Of a stretch of 64,000 bases of DNA, positions 1 through 9,831 are shown in pieces. Under the pieces are notes generated by a model, which saw only the letters and a program-made list of their open reading frames with translations, was not told where the DNA came from and made no database searches. The DNA lies in IMG/VR virus record IMGVR_UViG_3300010397_000043, positions 23,529-87,528 of that record; one strand, written 5' to 3'. Positions within the stretch are counted from its first letter, which is position 1, and each line of letters begins with the position of its first letter. Both the position numbers and the translations under genes were made by a program. The DNA is from a virus.

Positions 1-1100
1 ATGTCCTGAGGCGTCGCAAACTTCTCGGTCGCTGCGGCCAGCTCACCGCGCAGTTCGACAAGCTGGTTCTGCAGTGGCACGAGGTCCACCGGCTCCGGCA
101 GCACGACCGGCGCAGGCGGCTCAGGCAGCGCAGCGATGGCCTTGGCAATGTCCTGGGGCGTCGCGAAGGTCTCGGTCACTGCGGCCAGTTGGTCGCGCAC
201 CTCGGCAATGGCCGCATGCACCGGCGCAAGGTCCACCGGCTCCGGCAGCACGACAGGCTCCGGCAATTCGGGAATAGACGCACCGACCGCCAGAATGCGC
301 GTGTTCAGTTCAGCTTCTACTGCGAGCACATGCTCTGCCAACTGAGCGTGTTCTTTCGCCAGTGCCGCTTGGCCCTCCGACAGCGAGGTCAGGTCCACAG
401 GCTCCGGCAACTCGGGGATCAGCGCCCGCACCTCGGCAATGGCCGCATGCACCGGGGCAAGGTCCACCGGCTCCGGCAGCACGACAGGCTCCGGGATACT
501 GGCGACAACATCGATCAGCTTGGTACGAAACTCCTCGGTGAGGCTTTGGTACTGCGCTTCGGTCAGCTCACTCAGCGACTTGAACAGGTCGTGCAGCTTG
601 GCAAGCTCAGCCTCCAGCGGTGCCAGATTGGCCGGCGCAGGCACCATCTGCCGCAGCGCCGTCACGCTTTCGGTCACAACGCCGATGCGGCTCGCCAGGG
701 TTGTGAAGTTATCAGAGTGGACTACGCTGTCCGCTTCGAGTTGCCCCTTCAGCTCCGCGATCTCGATATGGGCCGCGCGCGTCGCCTCGGCCACACCTTC
801 CGTAGCCGCGTTCGCCTCTTCGATGCGCGTGTTGAGCGTGGTCTCCAGCCCTTCGATGCTGGCCCGCGTGTGATCTAGTTGCTGCTGCAGGTACGTGCGG
901 TCTTGCGTGGCGAGCTTAATCCACTCGTCATGCACAGCCTCGTGTTGCTCTTTGAGCTGAGCGATCTCGGCCGCAGTCGCCTCGCGCGACTTGTTGACCA
1001 TGCCCTGCACAAAGGCGGGGATCGCTTTCAGCTCAGCGGCGTGCTCAGCGATTGCTTCTTGAATCGCAGTGAGCGCAACCTTTAGCAGTTGCCAATTCAT
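1..1100 (-). CDS. Coiled-coil/Pro-rich repeat head-region protein downstream of portal (3' truncated by window edge)
   Basis: ATG at 1100 overlaps the portal TGA (ATGA). Reads MNWQLLKVALTAIQEAIAEHAAELK..., with repeated LPEPVDLAPVHAAIAEVR and TETFATPQD units. Missing from the ORF track because it runs off the edge. Confidence 0.75.
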   Translation of the reverse strand, partial: MNWQLLKVALTAIQEAIAEHAAELKAIPAFVQGMVNKSREATAAEIAQLKEQHEAVHDEWIKLATQDRTYLQQQLDHTRASIEGLETTLNTRIEEANAATEGVAEATRAAHIEIAELKGQLEADSVVHSDNFTTLASRIGVVTESVTALRQMVPAPANLAPLEAELAKLHDLFKSLSELTEAQYQSLTEEFRTKLIDVVASIPEPVVLPEPVDLAPVHAAIAEVRALIPELPEPVDLTSLSEGQAALAKEHAQLAEHVLAVEAELNTRILAVGASIPELPEPVVLPEPVDLAPVHAAIAEVRDQLAAVTETFATPQDIAKAIAALPEPPAPVVLPEPVDLVPLQNQLVELRGELAAATEKFATPQD

Positions 1101-2590
1101 TGGGGAACCCCTTCTCGAATTGCGGAAACGCCCGCGTTGGAGGAAGTATTACGAATCAGGTTCGCCAGGAAGTCGTCTGCCTCGGCGTCGATCAGGTCGT
1201 CGCCATCTTTCTTGCTGCCAGCGGGCGCGGGCGCGGCGTTGGGCTCGGGGGCCGGCGCAGCGGGCGGCTTGGCAGCGACAGGCGCGAGCGGGTTCGGAAC
1301 CGGCGTGTCCACTGGCACGTACTGCATCTGCACGCGCGGGATTTCGCCACCCTTCACCGGGGGCAGACCTTCCTTGGCACGCGCTTCGTTGATCGACAGC
1401 ACGCCGGCTTGAATACCCTTCTGGTACGTGTCGTAGCGAACATCCGACTCCATACGGAACAGGGCTTCCAGGTCAAAGGCGCAGTAGACGCCACGACTCA
1501 GGCCCAGGTCCTTGTCAAAACGGCGCTCGGTCGATTCCAGGTGGTACTGCAGGCAACCCTGGAAGTACGCACGCGCCATCTGTTCGCTGTTGCGGAACGT
1601 GGTCTTGCCCAGTTCGGCCAGCATGTAGAGCGGCACGCGAAACACGCGGGCAACGTCTTCGATGGTCCAGCGGAGTTGCTCGATCAGTTGTGCATCGACA
1701 GCGTTGATCGCGAGCGGCTCCCAGGTCAGGCCATCGCCCAGCACCGCAGTCTCGCCCAGCTTGCCACGCTGGCTAAACCGGTTCTGCCATTCCTCTTTCA
1801 GCCGAGTGGCAGTCTCTTTCGCGATGGTGCCCGGCGCGGTCAGGATGCCGCCCGGTCGGCAGTAGTTCGCGAAGAACTCCTCCGACTGCATCATGATGCG
1901 ACCACCAGTCATCGCGCTGTAGGCAGCGGCGGTGATCGGGCTCACGCCCAGCAGGGGGTGCCACAGGCAGTTGATGCGGTCGTTGATGATGAAGCGCGCC
2001 GGGATGACGTTGTTGGGCCCCATCTGGTCTTCGGGGAACAGGTACGAGCCACCCGTCCCGTAGTTGACTTGGTAGAAAATGGCCTTGGTTTCGTTGTCGA
2101 TCAGGGGCAGCACCCGGCCCACCGGCAGCAAGTGCATCTCGCGGCACACGCCGCGCTGGTCCAGCACCATGTAGATGTACGAGTTGCCCGTCATCAACTT
2201 CGCTGCCATGTGCTGTTGCATGAACTCCAGCATCGTCTGGTACGAGTTGGGGTTCTCGAACAGCAGTTGAATCGGGTGCTGCATGGAGACTTCGGGCACG
2301 CCCTTGTCCCCGGTCTTCATCACGTTTAGTGGCAGCTTCGCCACGTCCTCCGAGATGATGGTGACGCAGGCGTACACGGCGCTAAACGCCATGATCACCG
2401 GGTCGTCCTTGCCGCTGCCCGACAGGCCGCGCTGCCACGCTTGCAGGAACGGCTCGCGCACCCCGGGGATGTACGTGCTCACGCTCGACGCGACGGCGAG
2501 GCTCTTCTCCTCCTCGGCACGGAGCGATTGCTCGACCCGCCCGCGAAACGGCGCGCGGACAAAGCCCTTGAGTGCATTAATCAGGTCCAT
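1097..2590 (-). CDS. Phage portal protein, HK97 family
   Basis: SAVYACVTIISEDVAKLPL, PNSYQT, GVSPI, DAQLIEQ, IARVFRVP-like and SINEARAKEGLPPVKGG motifs. Start placed at the MDLINALK ATG after a GAGG RBS. Confidence 0.95.
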   Translation of the reverse strand: MDLINALKGFVRAPFRGRVEQSLRAEEEKSLAVASSVSTYIPGVREPFLQAWQRGLSGSGKDDPVIMAFSAVYACVTIISEDVAKLPLNVMKTGDKGVPEVSMQHPIQLLFENPNSYQTMLEFMQQHMAAKLMTGNSYIYMVLDQRGVCREMHLLPVGRVLPLIDNETKAIFYQVNYGTGGSYLFPEDQMGPNNVIPARFIINDRINCLWHPLLGVSPITAAAYSAMTGGRIMMQSEEFFANYCRPGGILTAPGTIAKETATRLKEEWQNRFSQRGKLGETAVLGDGLTWEPLAINAVDAQLIEQLRWTIEDVARVFRVPLYMLAELGKTTFRNSEQMARAYFQGCLQYHLESTERRFDKDLGLSRGVYCAFDLEALFRMESDVRYDTYQKGIQAGVLSINEARAKEGLPPVKGGEIPRVQMQYVPVDTPVPNPLAPVAAKPPAAPAPEPNAAPAPAGSKKDGDDLIDAEADDFLANLIRNTSSNAGVSAIREGVPQ

Positions 2591-2597
2591 TTGCACC

Positions 2598-2822
2598 TCA
2601 ACGGCGGCTGTGCTTACCTTGATGGTGTTGCTGCTTCGTGACGACCGCACCGACTGCCACCGCTTGCTTTTCCTGCTTCGTGGGCTCGCTACGCGGGGCT
2701 AGCGTACCCATCTGCAGAGCGATGTAGTCTTCGGCGTCTCGGTCGGTCATTTCCACGACTTCGCCACGGGCGTACCAGCGACCACCGTAGTTGAGTCGCT
2801 CGCCAAGTTGGACTGGAGTCAT
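2598..2822 (-). CDS. Small head-associated protein following MCP
   Basis: AGGAG RBS; YxxGEVVEM...AEDYIA pattern; sits right after the capsid gene. Confidence 0.7.
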   Translation of the reverse strand: MTPVQLGERLNYGGRWYARGEVVEMTDRDAEDYIALQMGTLAPRSEPTKQEKQAVAVGAVVTKQQHHQGKHSRR

Positions 2823-2841
2823 TGCTATTCTCCTTTATGCG

Positions 2842-2872
2842 AAAAAGGCGGCGAGCCTTGCAGCCCGCCGCC
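2842..2872 (-). terminator. Rho-independent terminator after major capsid gene
   Basis: Minus strand GGCGGCGGGC-TGCAAG-GCTCGCCGCC-TTTTT. Confidence 0.85.
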
Positions 2873-2895
2873 TGCCCTTGTGGTCGGTTGCCCGA

Positions 2896-4263
2896 TCAGT
2901 AGGTCACAGCCGTGATGACAGCGAAGGCCGCATCGCGACGGCGCAGCCAGTGCATGAACCGCTCGGCACGAATACCGATCAGGTTGTTCTGCCAGAGGCT
3001 GGTCAGCGTGCCGGAACCGGTCGAGTCCATCGCCACAGCCGCTTCTTGCGAAGCGTCGAGCATCACCTGACCGTCATCGGCCAGCAGGGTCTCCGGCGCA
3101 CACACGAGGCCAATGTAGGACTCGTTGGTGCCGACGCCCAGGTTGGTCACGATGCCGGTGGAGACGATGACCGGGATGCCACGGAACGTCGGATTCGCGT
3201 TGTCCTGCAGACCCGGGAACGCCCACACGTCTTGCGCCGTGCGAAGCGAGCTGAGGTACAGGAAGGTACGCGGCGACATCACCCAGTACAGGCCGGCGAG
3301 GTCCACGTTGGCGTTGGCAATGTGCGTCATCGCCGCCGTGGTGTCGGTCAGGATCGCCGCAACGGTGGTGCCGGATTGCGGGATGCTGCCACCAGAGGTG
3401 ACGCTGTTCAGCACGGAGGCCGGCGACACGTTCGCAGATGCAGCCACCGACGGATCGATGAACTGGGCATCCGTGAATTGCGCGATGGTCGCGATCAGGT
3501 CCGATTGCACCAGGGCTTCCGCCGACGGATCGCTCAGTCGGGCAAGTTCCTGGGTGATGACCACGATACCCGCGACCTTGGTCAGCGGGATGGTCACCGA
3601 GTCGAACTGCAGCTTCGAGACCGGCTTGCCGCCAGCCTGTCCGACCCAGCCGACCGTCGCACCGGACGTCTGGCGCGGGATGCGCACGTTGAACGGCACG
3701 CGGCGGAAGCCGGCCATCTTGCCGATGATGGTGGCGGGACGCAGCAGGTCGATGAACTCGTTCGCGGCGATCTTGTAGTCCGCAATCGGCTTCGCCCAGT
3801 TGGTGTCCGTCGTGGTACCGGCAGCGACCGCAGACTTGAGGATGTTGTAGACCTCAGGCGTGCTGTCACCCCAGTTGTTCTTCGCCATCTCGGCGGCGGC
3901 GGTCAGGTTGCCCTTGGAGGCAGCGAGCGCCATCGCATAGCGGGTGAAGACGGTGCCCTTCGGCAGATTGCGCTCCACGCTGATGCGGGGATTCGCGCGC
4001 TGGCCCACGACCACGGAAGTGCCGGTGGGTTCCACGACAGGCTTGAGCGTGTCGCTGTTCGCCATCAGCTTCTCGACGCTTTCGGTCGAGGCGATCTGCT
4101 TGTCCAGCGCCTTGATCTCAGCTTCGCAGGTGTCGAACGCGGACTGCTCCGCTTCGGTGAAGACGCGGGCCTCGGCGGCAGCGCCTTCGTGGAGTGCCGC
4201 CATCTTGGCGACGGTTGCCTCGCGTGCCTTACGCAGCTTGGCGAGATGTTCAGCAAAGTTCAT
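2896..4263 (-). CDS. Major capsid protein, HK97 fold, with N-terminal coiled-coil scaffold (delta) domain
   Basis: FIDLLRPATII, VRIPRQTSGATVGWVGQ, KVAGIVVITQEL and SLWQNNLIGIRAERF motifs. Confidence 0.95.
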   Translation of the reverse strand: MNFAEHLAKLRKAREATVAKMAALHEGAAAEARVFTEAEQSAFDTCEAEIKALDKQIASTESVEKLMANSDTLKPVVEPTGTSVVVGQRANPRISVERNLPKGTVFTRYAMALAASKGNLTAAAEMAKNNWGDSTPEVYNILKSAVAAGTTTDTNWAKPIADYKIAANEFIDLLRPATIIGKMAGFRRVPFNVRIPRQTSGATVGWVGQAGGKPVSKLQFDSVTIPLTKVAGIVVITQELARLSDPSAEALVQSDLIATIAQFTDAQFIDPSVAASANVSPASVLNSVTSGGSIPQSGTTVAAILTDTTAAMTHIANANVDLAGLYWVMSPRTFLYLSSLRTAQDVWAFPGLQDNANPTFRGIPVIVSTGIVTNLGVGTNESYIGLVCAPETLLADDGQVMLDASQEAAVAMDSTGSGTLTSLWQNNLIGIRAERFMHWLRRRDAAFAVITAVTY

Positions 4264-4291
4264 GAAAAGCTCCTAAGAGGTGAAAGGAAAG

Positions 4292-4876
4292 TCACTTGCT
4301 GCTCGTACCGCCGAGCTGAAGAATCTTCAGACGCCGTTCCCTTGCAGCCGCTTGGACAATCGCGTCCTGGCTGAAGAGTCGGTGCATCGTCCGATCTGAG
4401 GTGCCCCACGATTTCGCGAGGCTGAGTGCGTTCGGGTTCGAGGGGATCGAAACGATGCTGATTTCCAGCAGTTCCTGCCCGATGAACTCGAAACCCGAGA
4501 ATTGATCTTGCTTGTCCCGGAGGATTTGCGGCTCCTGGGTGACCGCGAAGCCCACGCTGACAGCGCGGACAATCTTTTGGTCGATCAGCTTGCGGAGCGT
4601 GTCGATGAACTCGCTCGTACCGAAGTCGGCCAGCTTGATATCGCTCACAAGCTGCGTGCCCTCGACCATGGTCTTGGGGCTGTACCCGACCGGCAGCTTG
4701 CCGTCGTGGCCGAATAGAACGATGGGGTTCTTCTTGTACCGACGGAGGTCCCAGCCCGAGGCGCGAACAATGTCGCCGTGACCATCGACTGACTCATCGC
4801 TGGCGACAAAGCTCAGCATGCCGTCAGGCGACGCCTTCGTGATCTGGACTTCCTTGAAAACGGTCTGCACTTCCAC
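4292..4876 (-). CDS. Prohead maturation protease (HK97/U35 family)
   Basis: ASDESVDGHGDIV, NPIVLFGHD, AVSVGF and ELLEISIVSIPSNPNA motifs. Confidence 0.93.
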   Translation of the reverse strand: MEVQTVFKEVQITKASPDGMLSFVASDESVDGHGDIVRASGWDLRRYKKNPIVLFGHDGKLPVGYSPKTMVEGTQLVSDIKLADFGTSEFIDTLRKLIDQKIVRAVSVGFAVTQEPQILRDKQDQFSGFEFIGQELLEISIVSIPSNPNALSLAKSWGTSDRTMHRLFSQDAIVQAAARERRLKILQLGGTSSK

Positions 4877-5047
4877 GGTGTACGGCTCCAGCTATCTGGC
4901 CGGTTCGCCGGTGGCATTGCGCCGCCCGACTTCCACCGTTGCCGTGGGTGTAACTCTTACTCAGTCGGAAATTCCCGTTCTTCGCGGTCGCGTTCGCGCT
5001 CACGTTTTCCGGGTCGGTTACGGCTGTAGAGTTCCATAGATGGCGGC

Positions 5048-5076
5048 AATGTACCACAGCCCCCGCGCGCGAGCAA
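5048..5076 (-). promoter_or_regulatory. Putative sigma70-type promoter for protease/capsid genes
   Basis: Minus strand TTGCTC-17 nt-TACATT with extended TG; palindrome copy 11 nt upstream of the -35. Confidence 0.55.
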
Positions 5077-5087
5077 GAGGGCCAGCC

Positions 5088-5102
5088 ATTACCACTGGTA
5101 AT
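5088..5102. repeat. ATTACC-N3-GGTAAT palindrome, copy 1 of 11
   Basis: ATTACCACTGGTAAT, followed by TTGTAACTAGGGTTTACCCTA. Confidence 0.9.
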
Positions 5103-5120
5103 TTGTAACTAGGGTTTACC

Positions 5121-5480
5121 CTAATCTCGCCCAGGCATGTCGGGCAAGGGCACGGTCTGCCCTGCGAGGCCATGGGTGCAGTCGCCAAGGAACACGATGT
5201 TCCCGTCGATGATGTACGAGTGGCAGATACGCCGCACCTTCTGCTGAGGCCACGGGTTCTGTTCAAACTCTTTGTAGTTCTCGTAGGTAACTGGCGGCTC
5301 GTAGTTGTAGCTGTCCAGCAACAGGCTGGGCGTGAACGTTGGCTTTTCTTCGTTGCCGTTGAACGCCCAGGCTAGACGACCCTTTGTCCACACTGCATGG
5401 ATTTCGCGGCACCCCGGGCACCAGAACGTATACCCGTCGTTGGAGTCGTCCGGGCTGGCGAAGCGTTTCATGATCGGCAT
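5121..5480 (-). CDS. Cys/His metal-binding protein, DUF6527-like
   Basis: FWCPGCREIH ... PTFTPSL ... CHSYIIDGNIVFLGDCTH; AGGAGG RBS. Confidence 0.7.
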   Translation of the reverse strand: MPIMKRFASPDDSNDGYTFWCPGCREIHAVWTKGRLAWAFNGNEEKPTFTPSLLLDSYNYEPPVTYENYKEFEQNPWPQQKVRRICHSYIIDGNIVFLGDCTHGLAGQTVPLPDMPGRD

Positions 5481-5488
5481 AGGTCCTC

Positions 5489-7093
5489 CTACAAAAAGAA
5501 CAGGCTCGATTCGGTGACCGGGGGCTTGCCCTCCTCCGGCTTCTCGTAGAAACCGCCCGTAGCCATCACAGCAGCGACCATGGGGTCGATACGGGCGCTC
5601 GACTTCGCCTTCTCGAGCTTGCGGTTCTTGGCTGGGTCGAGCGCGACGACCGCGTTAGCCGCCGCCATGTTGAGCAGAGGGTTGTCGCCGTGGGCGAGCT
5701 TTTCCTCCAGTAGCAGTGTCTCGAAAAACTCGACGCGCGGCGACATGTCACGAAAGCCCTGGCCCACCGAGTACCACTGGTCTTCGGGCAGGTCCTGCAG
5801 AAAGCCCTCGGCCGCAGCATCCATCTTGAATTGGCTGATGCGCCACCGGTCGAAGTGCAGGCCGGCAATGCGCATGCCAGTCAACTGCATCTTGAGGTAC
5901 TGGCAGACCATGGCGTAGCTGATGATGCGCCCAGGCAGCGCGATCAGGTGGCCTTGCTTCACCCAGGTCTCGTACGGAACCCGGTCTTGCTTGGCCCGCT
6001 CACGCAGGCCCACGATGGGCGTGAATGCAAAGCACTTGAGGTGCATGACGCCAGTGTCGGGGTGCCGGGCCGCAAGCACCGCCGCAGTCAAGTCCCGGTT
6101 CTGCGACAGGTCGAGTCCGATATGCACGTCCACGCCGCTTGTGAACAGGTCCTCGTCCACCTCGCCGGCTGCGGTCTTCCAGACGCTGGGGGCCACGAAC
6201 AGGGTCAACAGCGAAATGCGCTGGTTCAGGTACAGGTTGCGGAACGTCGGCTCGAAGGAGCTGATGCGCCTAGCCCGCTCGGCGGCTTCCTTGAACTCCT
6301 TCTCACTGCGGAACTTGCCCAGTGCGAAGTTCACGGTCTGCCACACCACCGGGTCGAAGATGTCGGAATCTTTCGCCGCTGCGTACAGCCGAAGAACCGT
6401 TTCCGGCGTCGGGTTCATCATCGCGTCGTCGATCAGCACACTCAGCAGGTCTGTATCACTTGCGGCCTGCGTGCTGATGATCAGCGATAGGGGTTCGTGC
6501 TGCGCGCCACCGGCGGTTTCCAGGGCGTCGTACAGTCCATCCACCGGGCCAATCACCTGCCCCAGTTCGTCGTGGATGGTCAAGGCCGGGGACAAGCCGT
6601 GAGCCGTGGTCGCATCCGCGCTCAGCGCCCGGTAGACCGTTCCCATCGCAAGGCCCTTGATGGTCTTGTACGAATCGGTGATCTGTACCAGATTGCCCAG
6701 GTCGTTGCGCAGCCGAAGTGACTTGGCGAGGTAGTTGAAAATCAGCGCCGCTTGGTCCCGACTGCGAGCCGCAGAGTACAACTGAGCGTTGGCCCTGGCT
6801 TCGGGTCCGATCAGGTGCCCCGCCAGAAGGGCCGCAATCAGGCCCGTTTTCCCATTCTTACGGGCAATCGACAGGATGCCCCGCCGAGTAATCAGGGCCC
6901 CGAGCGGGTCCACGTTGTCATATACAGCCTCAACGAAGTCGGTCTGCTCCGGTAGCAGCACCATCGGTTGCCCGACCAGCATGCCGTCTGGCACGAGGAT
7001 GTACTTCTCGATGAACCGCTGCATGCGCGAGGCACGCAGGGAACTGACCAGCGGCTTCTGCGCCGGTAGAGCAGCTTTGCGGCGAGGCATCAC
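5489..7093 (-). CDS. terL: Terminase large subunit
   Basis: Walker A IARKNGKT, Walker B IHDELG, coupling motif IISTQ, nuclease motifs GLDLS and RIDPMVA. Confidence 0.96.
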   Translation of the reverse strand: MMPRRKAALPAQKPLVSSLRASRMQRFIEKYILVPDGMLVGQPMVLLPEQTDFVEAVYDNVDPLGALITRRGILSIARKNGKTGLIAALLAGHLIGPEARANAQLYSAARSRDQAALIFNYLAKSLRLRNDLGNLVQITDSYKTIKGLAMGTVYRALSADATTAHGLSPALTIHDELGQVIGPVDGLYDALETAGGAQHEPLSLIISTQAASDTDLLSVLIDDAMMNPTPETVLRLYAAAKDSDIFDPVVWQTVNFALGKFRSEKEFKEAAERARRISSFEPTFRNLYLNQRISLLTLFVAPSVWKTAAGEVDEDLFTSGVDVHIGLDLSQNRDLTAAVLAARHPDTGVMHLKCFAFTPIVGLRERAKQDRVPYETWVKQGHLIALPGRIISYAMVCQYLKMQLTGMRIAGLHFDRWRISQFKMDAAAEGFLQDLPEDQWYSVGQGFRDMSPRVEFFETLLLEEKLAHGDNPLLNMAAANAVVALDPAKNRKLEKAKSSARIDPMVAAVMATGGFYEKPEEGKPPVTESSLFFL

Positions 7094-7632
7094 TGCACCA
7101 TGCGGGGCGGCAAGCCAGACGCACCGGCCAGCAGGCTATCGTCACCGTCGTCGCCGTCTTCGTTGATCTGTTTGGCGGCGCTCGTGGCGTTTTTCTTCTT
7201 TTGCTGCTGAGCCTTGTCGTTGTCAATGTCAAACCGGGAGGTCGGCTGCGCACGCAGCTTCGTGGACAGCGACATCAGCCGGGTCTCGGCGATGCTGCGC
7301 ACCACGATCTTGGGGTTCACGACCATGTCCCCCTTGGCGTTCTCGATGAGGTCGCCTTCTTCCTGAATCTGCTTGTCCAGCCGGTCGATATCTGCCGCCG
7401 CTCGGCAGTACAACTTCAAAAGCGGGTGGTCGCCCTTGTTGAAGTAGTCGTGCGGCTTGGAATTTACAAGCTCACACCAGTACTTCTTATGTGCTTCGGG
7501 CAGGCCCGGCGGGAACGGGTAGACAGGCACGTCGGGATTGGCCTCGATCTCAAGCGCGGCCTTCAATTCTGTGCCTTTACGATCCCCATAGGTCCCAGCC
7601 TTCTTGGCGGGCGTTTTCTTGGCGGCGGGCAT
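7090..7632 (-). CDS. terS: Terminase small subunit (P27-like)
   Basis: PPGL...W...LLKLYC...VVNP...LRAQPTSR; ATGA overlap with terL. Confidence 0.85.
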   Translation of the reverse strand: MPAAKKTPAKKAGTYGDRKGTELKAALEIEANPDVPVYPFPPGLPEAHKKYWCELVNSKPHDYFNKGDHPLLKLYCRAAADIDRLDKQIQEEGDLIENAKGDMVVNPKIVVRSIAETRLMSLSTKLRAQPTSRFDIDNDKAQQQKKKNATSAAKQINEDGDDGDDSLLAGASGLPPRMVQ

Positions 7633-7633
7633 G

Positions 7634-7939
7634 TTAAGAGCCTTTCTCGATATGGATGGGATAGCCGTCTTCGCCAGTAATGACCCAGCGTTCGACAGGA
7701 GCAGCTTGGCGCGAGTCTAGCTTGCCAGTCTTCTGCGAGTGGTGCCTCTTGCACAGGCCGCGAAAGTTGCGCGGGTCGAGCGGGGCACCACCCTTGTTGA
7801 TGGCGATTATGTGGTCCACCTCTGCCGCACGTGTCTGCAGTCGCAGCAGTGTGCAGACCTGGCACCAGGGGTTTAGGCGCAGGTACTTCCCCCGGGCGTC
7901 GCGCCACTGTCGGGAGGTGTAGAACGAATCGTGCGGCAT
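7634..7939 (-). CDS. HNH endonuclease, terminase cofactor (HK97 gp74-like)
   Basis: FYTSRQWR, CQVC, VDHIIAI, NFRGLCKRHHSQKT. Confidence 0.92.
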   Translation of the reverse strand: MPHDSFYTSRQWRDARGKYLRLNPWCQVCTLLRLQTRAAEVDHIIAINKGGAPLDPRNFRGLCKRHHSQKTGKLDSRQAAPVERWVITGEDGYPIHIEKGS

Positions 7940-8124
7940 AGGTGGGCCCGGTGTATAGCACAGGTCAGTCTCAGGTCACAAGAATTGCTGGTATGTTCAC
8001 GCGCTGATCGCGATCAGGCGCGCGAGGATCAGCTATACGTCGAAAAACAGGATTGCACATTCAACTAGGGGTATGGAATTAGAGTAGAAGTGGAATAAGA
8101 GACTCTTACGTAGAAAAACAGCAT

Positions 8125-8195
8125 TCGTTTAAAAACGTGGCCGGCGGCGGCAATTTCGGTTTTGTTAAATTTTCTTTTTTACCCGCCCCCCCGCT
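8125..8195. other. Putative cos (cohesive end) region
   Basis: Minus strand GGGGGGGCGGGTAAAAAAG...TTGCCGCCGCCGGCCACGTTTTTAAA: a GC core between A/T tracts, upstream of HNH/terS, as in cos phages. Exact cut position unknown. Confidence 0.5.
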
Positions 8196-8868
8196 CTTTT
8201 CTGCAAAATATTCCGCACTCTTTTCTGCACTCTTTACAGCGAATCGAGTGCGAGTGCATCGCGTGCGATAGGTCGGGTGCGTGCCCCTCGTGTGCGAGTG
8301 TGTCGTGTGCGATAGGTGCGGCACTGCACCACACACCAGGGCGGGGGCACCAGGGCGAAGGGCGGGCCCGAGTGCTCGGCTCGTAAGCACGAAACAGCGC
8401 AGCATTACAAGCCCTGTAACCTAGGGGTACAGTGTGGCACGGTATATGCAAAGGCAAGTACCGGTCCACGTTAGTACACACTTCGTAAACGGGGCAGTGC
8501 CGGCGGGCACCCTTGCGAAACGGGCGCAGGCAACGCGAACGGGCATGCGCCAAGGGTGTATGCACACATGCGCCGATGCGCGCCAGGGCGGGCCCGCTAG
8601 GGGCCTTTGCGGGCATGGCCGAAAATGGCTAATCGTTGTGCGGCACAGCATGTGTAACCGATCCCCCTTAAATGCGGGGGGTGGTGCAACACAGGGTTTG
8701 TAATGCCCTGCCCTGTCGCCTAGGGTATGCGTGGGGGCGCCCATTGGGCCCCCTGGGCAGGGGCCCTAAGCCCCACCCCCTCGCAGCTTTAACAACCTAG
8801 TGCCACGCAACCATAGGGGGTTCGCATGGGCCCGCCATTCGCGCACCTAGCACGAAGGCAGGCACACC

Positions 8869-9321
8869 ATGGCAACCACCAAGCAAACCACGAAGCAAAC
8901 GAACCAAGCGCGCGCCGCACTGGCGCAGCGCGCATCGAAGGCGAAGGCGAAGGCTGCGAAGCCTGCGCCCGTCGAAGTCGAGGCCGACGAAAGCGAAGTC
9001 GAGGCCGACGAAGGCAACGAAGGCGGGTCGCAATGGGCCCGCGAACGCGAGCGCATCGCCGATGGCAAGGGCAGTGGGCAGCGGTTTACCGCACTCGCCG
9101 CCGCGATGCTCGAAGCGCAGCAAGCCGGCAAGTCGCATGCGACCTTTGCCGACATTGCGCAACGCACGGCAGCGCACACGCGCAACGGCAAGGCCCTTAC
9201 CCGCACCAGCGTTGCAAGCTGGCGCACATTGCTGCAGCGCGCGAAGCAAACGCCCCTTGGGCCCGACCTTGCGAATGTGCGTATCGACGAAACCGGCTTT
9301 TCGTTCGCGAAGGCCGAGTAA
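8869..9321 (+). CDS. Hypothetical pre-early protein (Ala/Lys-rich N-terminus, possible HTH)
   Basis: AAGGCAGGCACACC leader before ATG; coherent ORF ending in TAA. Confidence 0.7.
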   Translation: MATTKQTTKQTNQARAALAQRASKAKAKAAKPAPVEVEADESEVEADEGNEGGSQWARERERIADGKGSGQRFTALAAAMLEAQQAGKSHATFADIAQRTAAHTRNGKALTRTSVASWRTLLQRAKQTPLGPDLANVRIDETGFSFAKAE

Positions 9322-9488
9322 GCAAACCCCGCTGCGAAGGCCCCTAACGGGCCCGTAGCGGGCCCCGTAGTACCCGAGCAGTACCCCAGGGCCCCACAGG
9401 GCCCGCAACGCCCCAAAACCCGCGCGAATCGATGCGGGCCCATGCGAACCCCTAGTGCGTGGCACACACCCCATACGAAAGGCAAACC

Positions 9489-9629
9489 ATGCGCAACCTA
9501 CGAACCCTCGCAACCGCGCTCGCACTTGTGCTCGCCGCACTCGCGCCCGCGCTACTCGGCGCAATGCTCGCACCCGACACAACGGGCGCACACGCATTCG
9601 CGCTACTGCTACTGCAACCCCCGCACTAG
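9489..9629 (+). CDS. Small hydrophobic peptide (46 aa)
   Basis: GAAAGGCAAACC-ATG; MRNLRTLATALALVLAALAPALLGAML...; below the ORF-track length cutoff. Confidence 0.5.
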   Translation: MRNLRTLATALALVLAALAPALLGAMLAPDTTGAHAFALLLLQPPH

Positions 9630-9640
9630 CGAGGCACACC

Positions 9641-9769
9641 ATGGGCACCCACCTTGCAAACTTCGTTGCGTGGCAGTGCTATCGGGCCTTTACCTTCGCC
9701 CGAATCGAGCACGCTGCGTACTGCCCCATTAACCCGCTGCAGCGGCTCGCGCGCTGGCAGCGCCACTAA
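9641..9769 (+). CDS. Small hypothetical protein (42 aa)
   Basis: GAGGCACACC-ATG leader shared with neighbouring ORFs. Confidence 0.45.
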   Translation: MGTHLANFVAWQCYRAFTFARIEHAAYCPINPLQRLARWQRH

Positions 9770-9831
9770 GCCCCCAAGGCCCGCGCAACGCGGGCCGCTA
9801 CGGGCCCACCAGGGCCCACGAAAGGCACACC

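Noticed and set aside
1100-4374. Long plus-strand ORFs (409 aa, 527 aa) and similar shadow ORFs elsewhere
   Set aside because: Antisense to clear portal/capsid genes; expected in high-GC DNA with strong codon bias.
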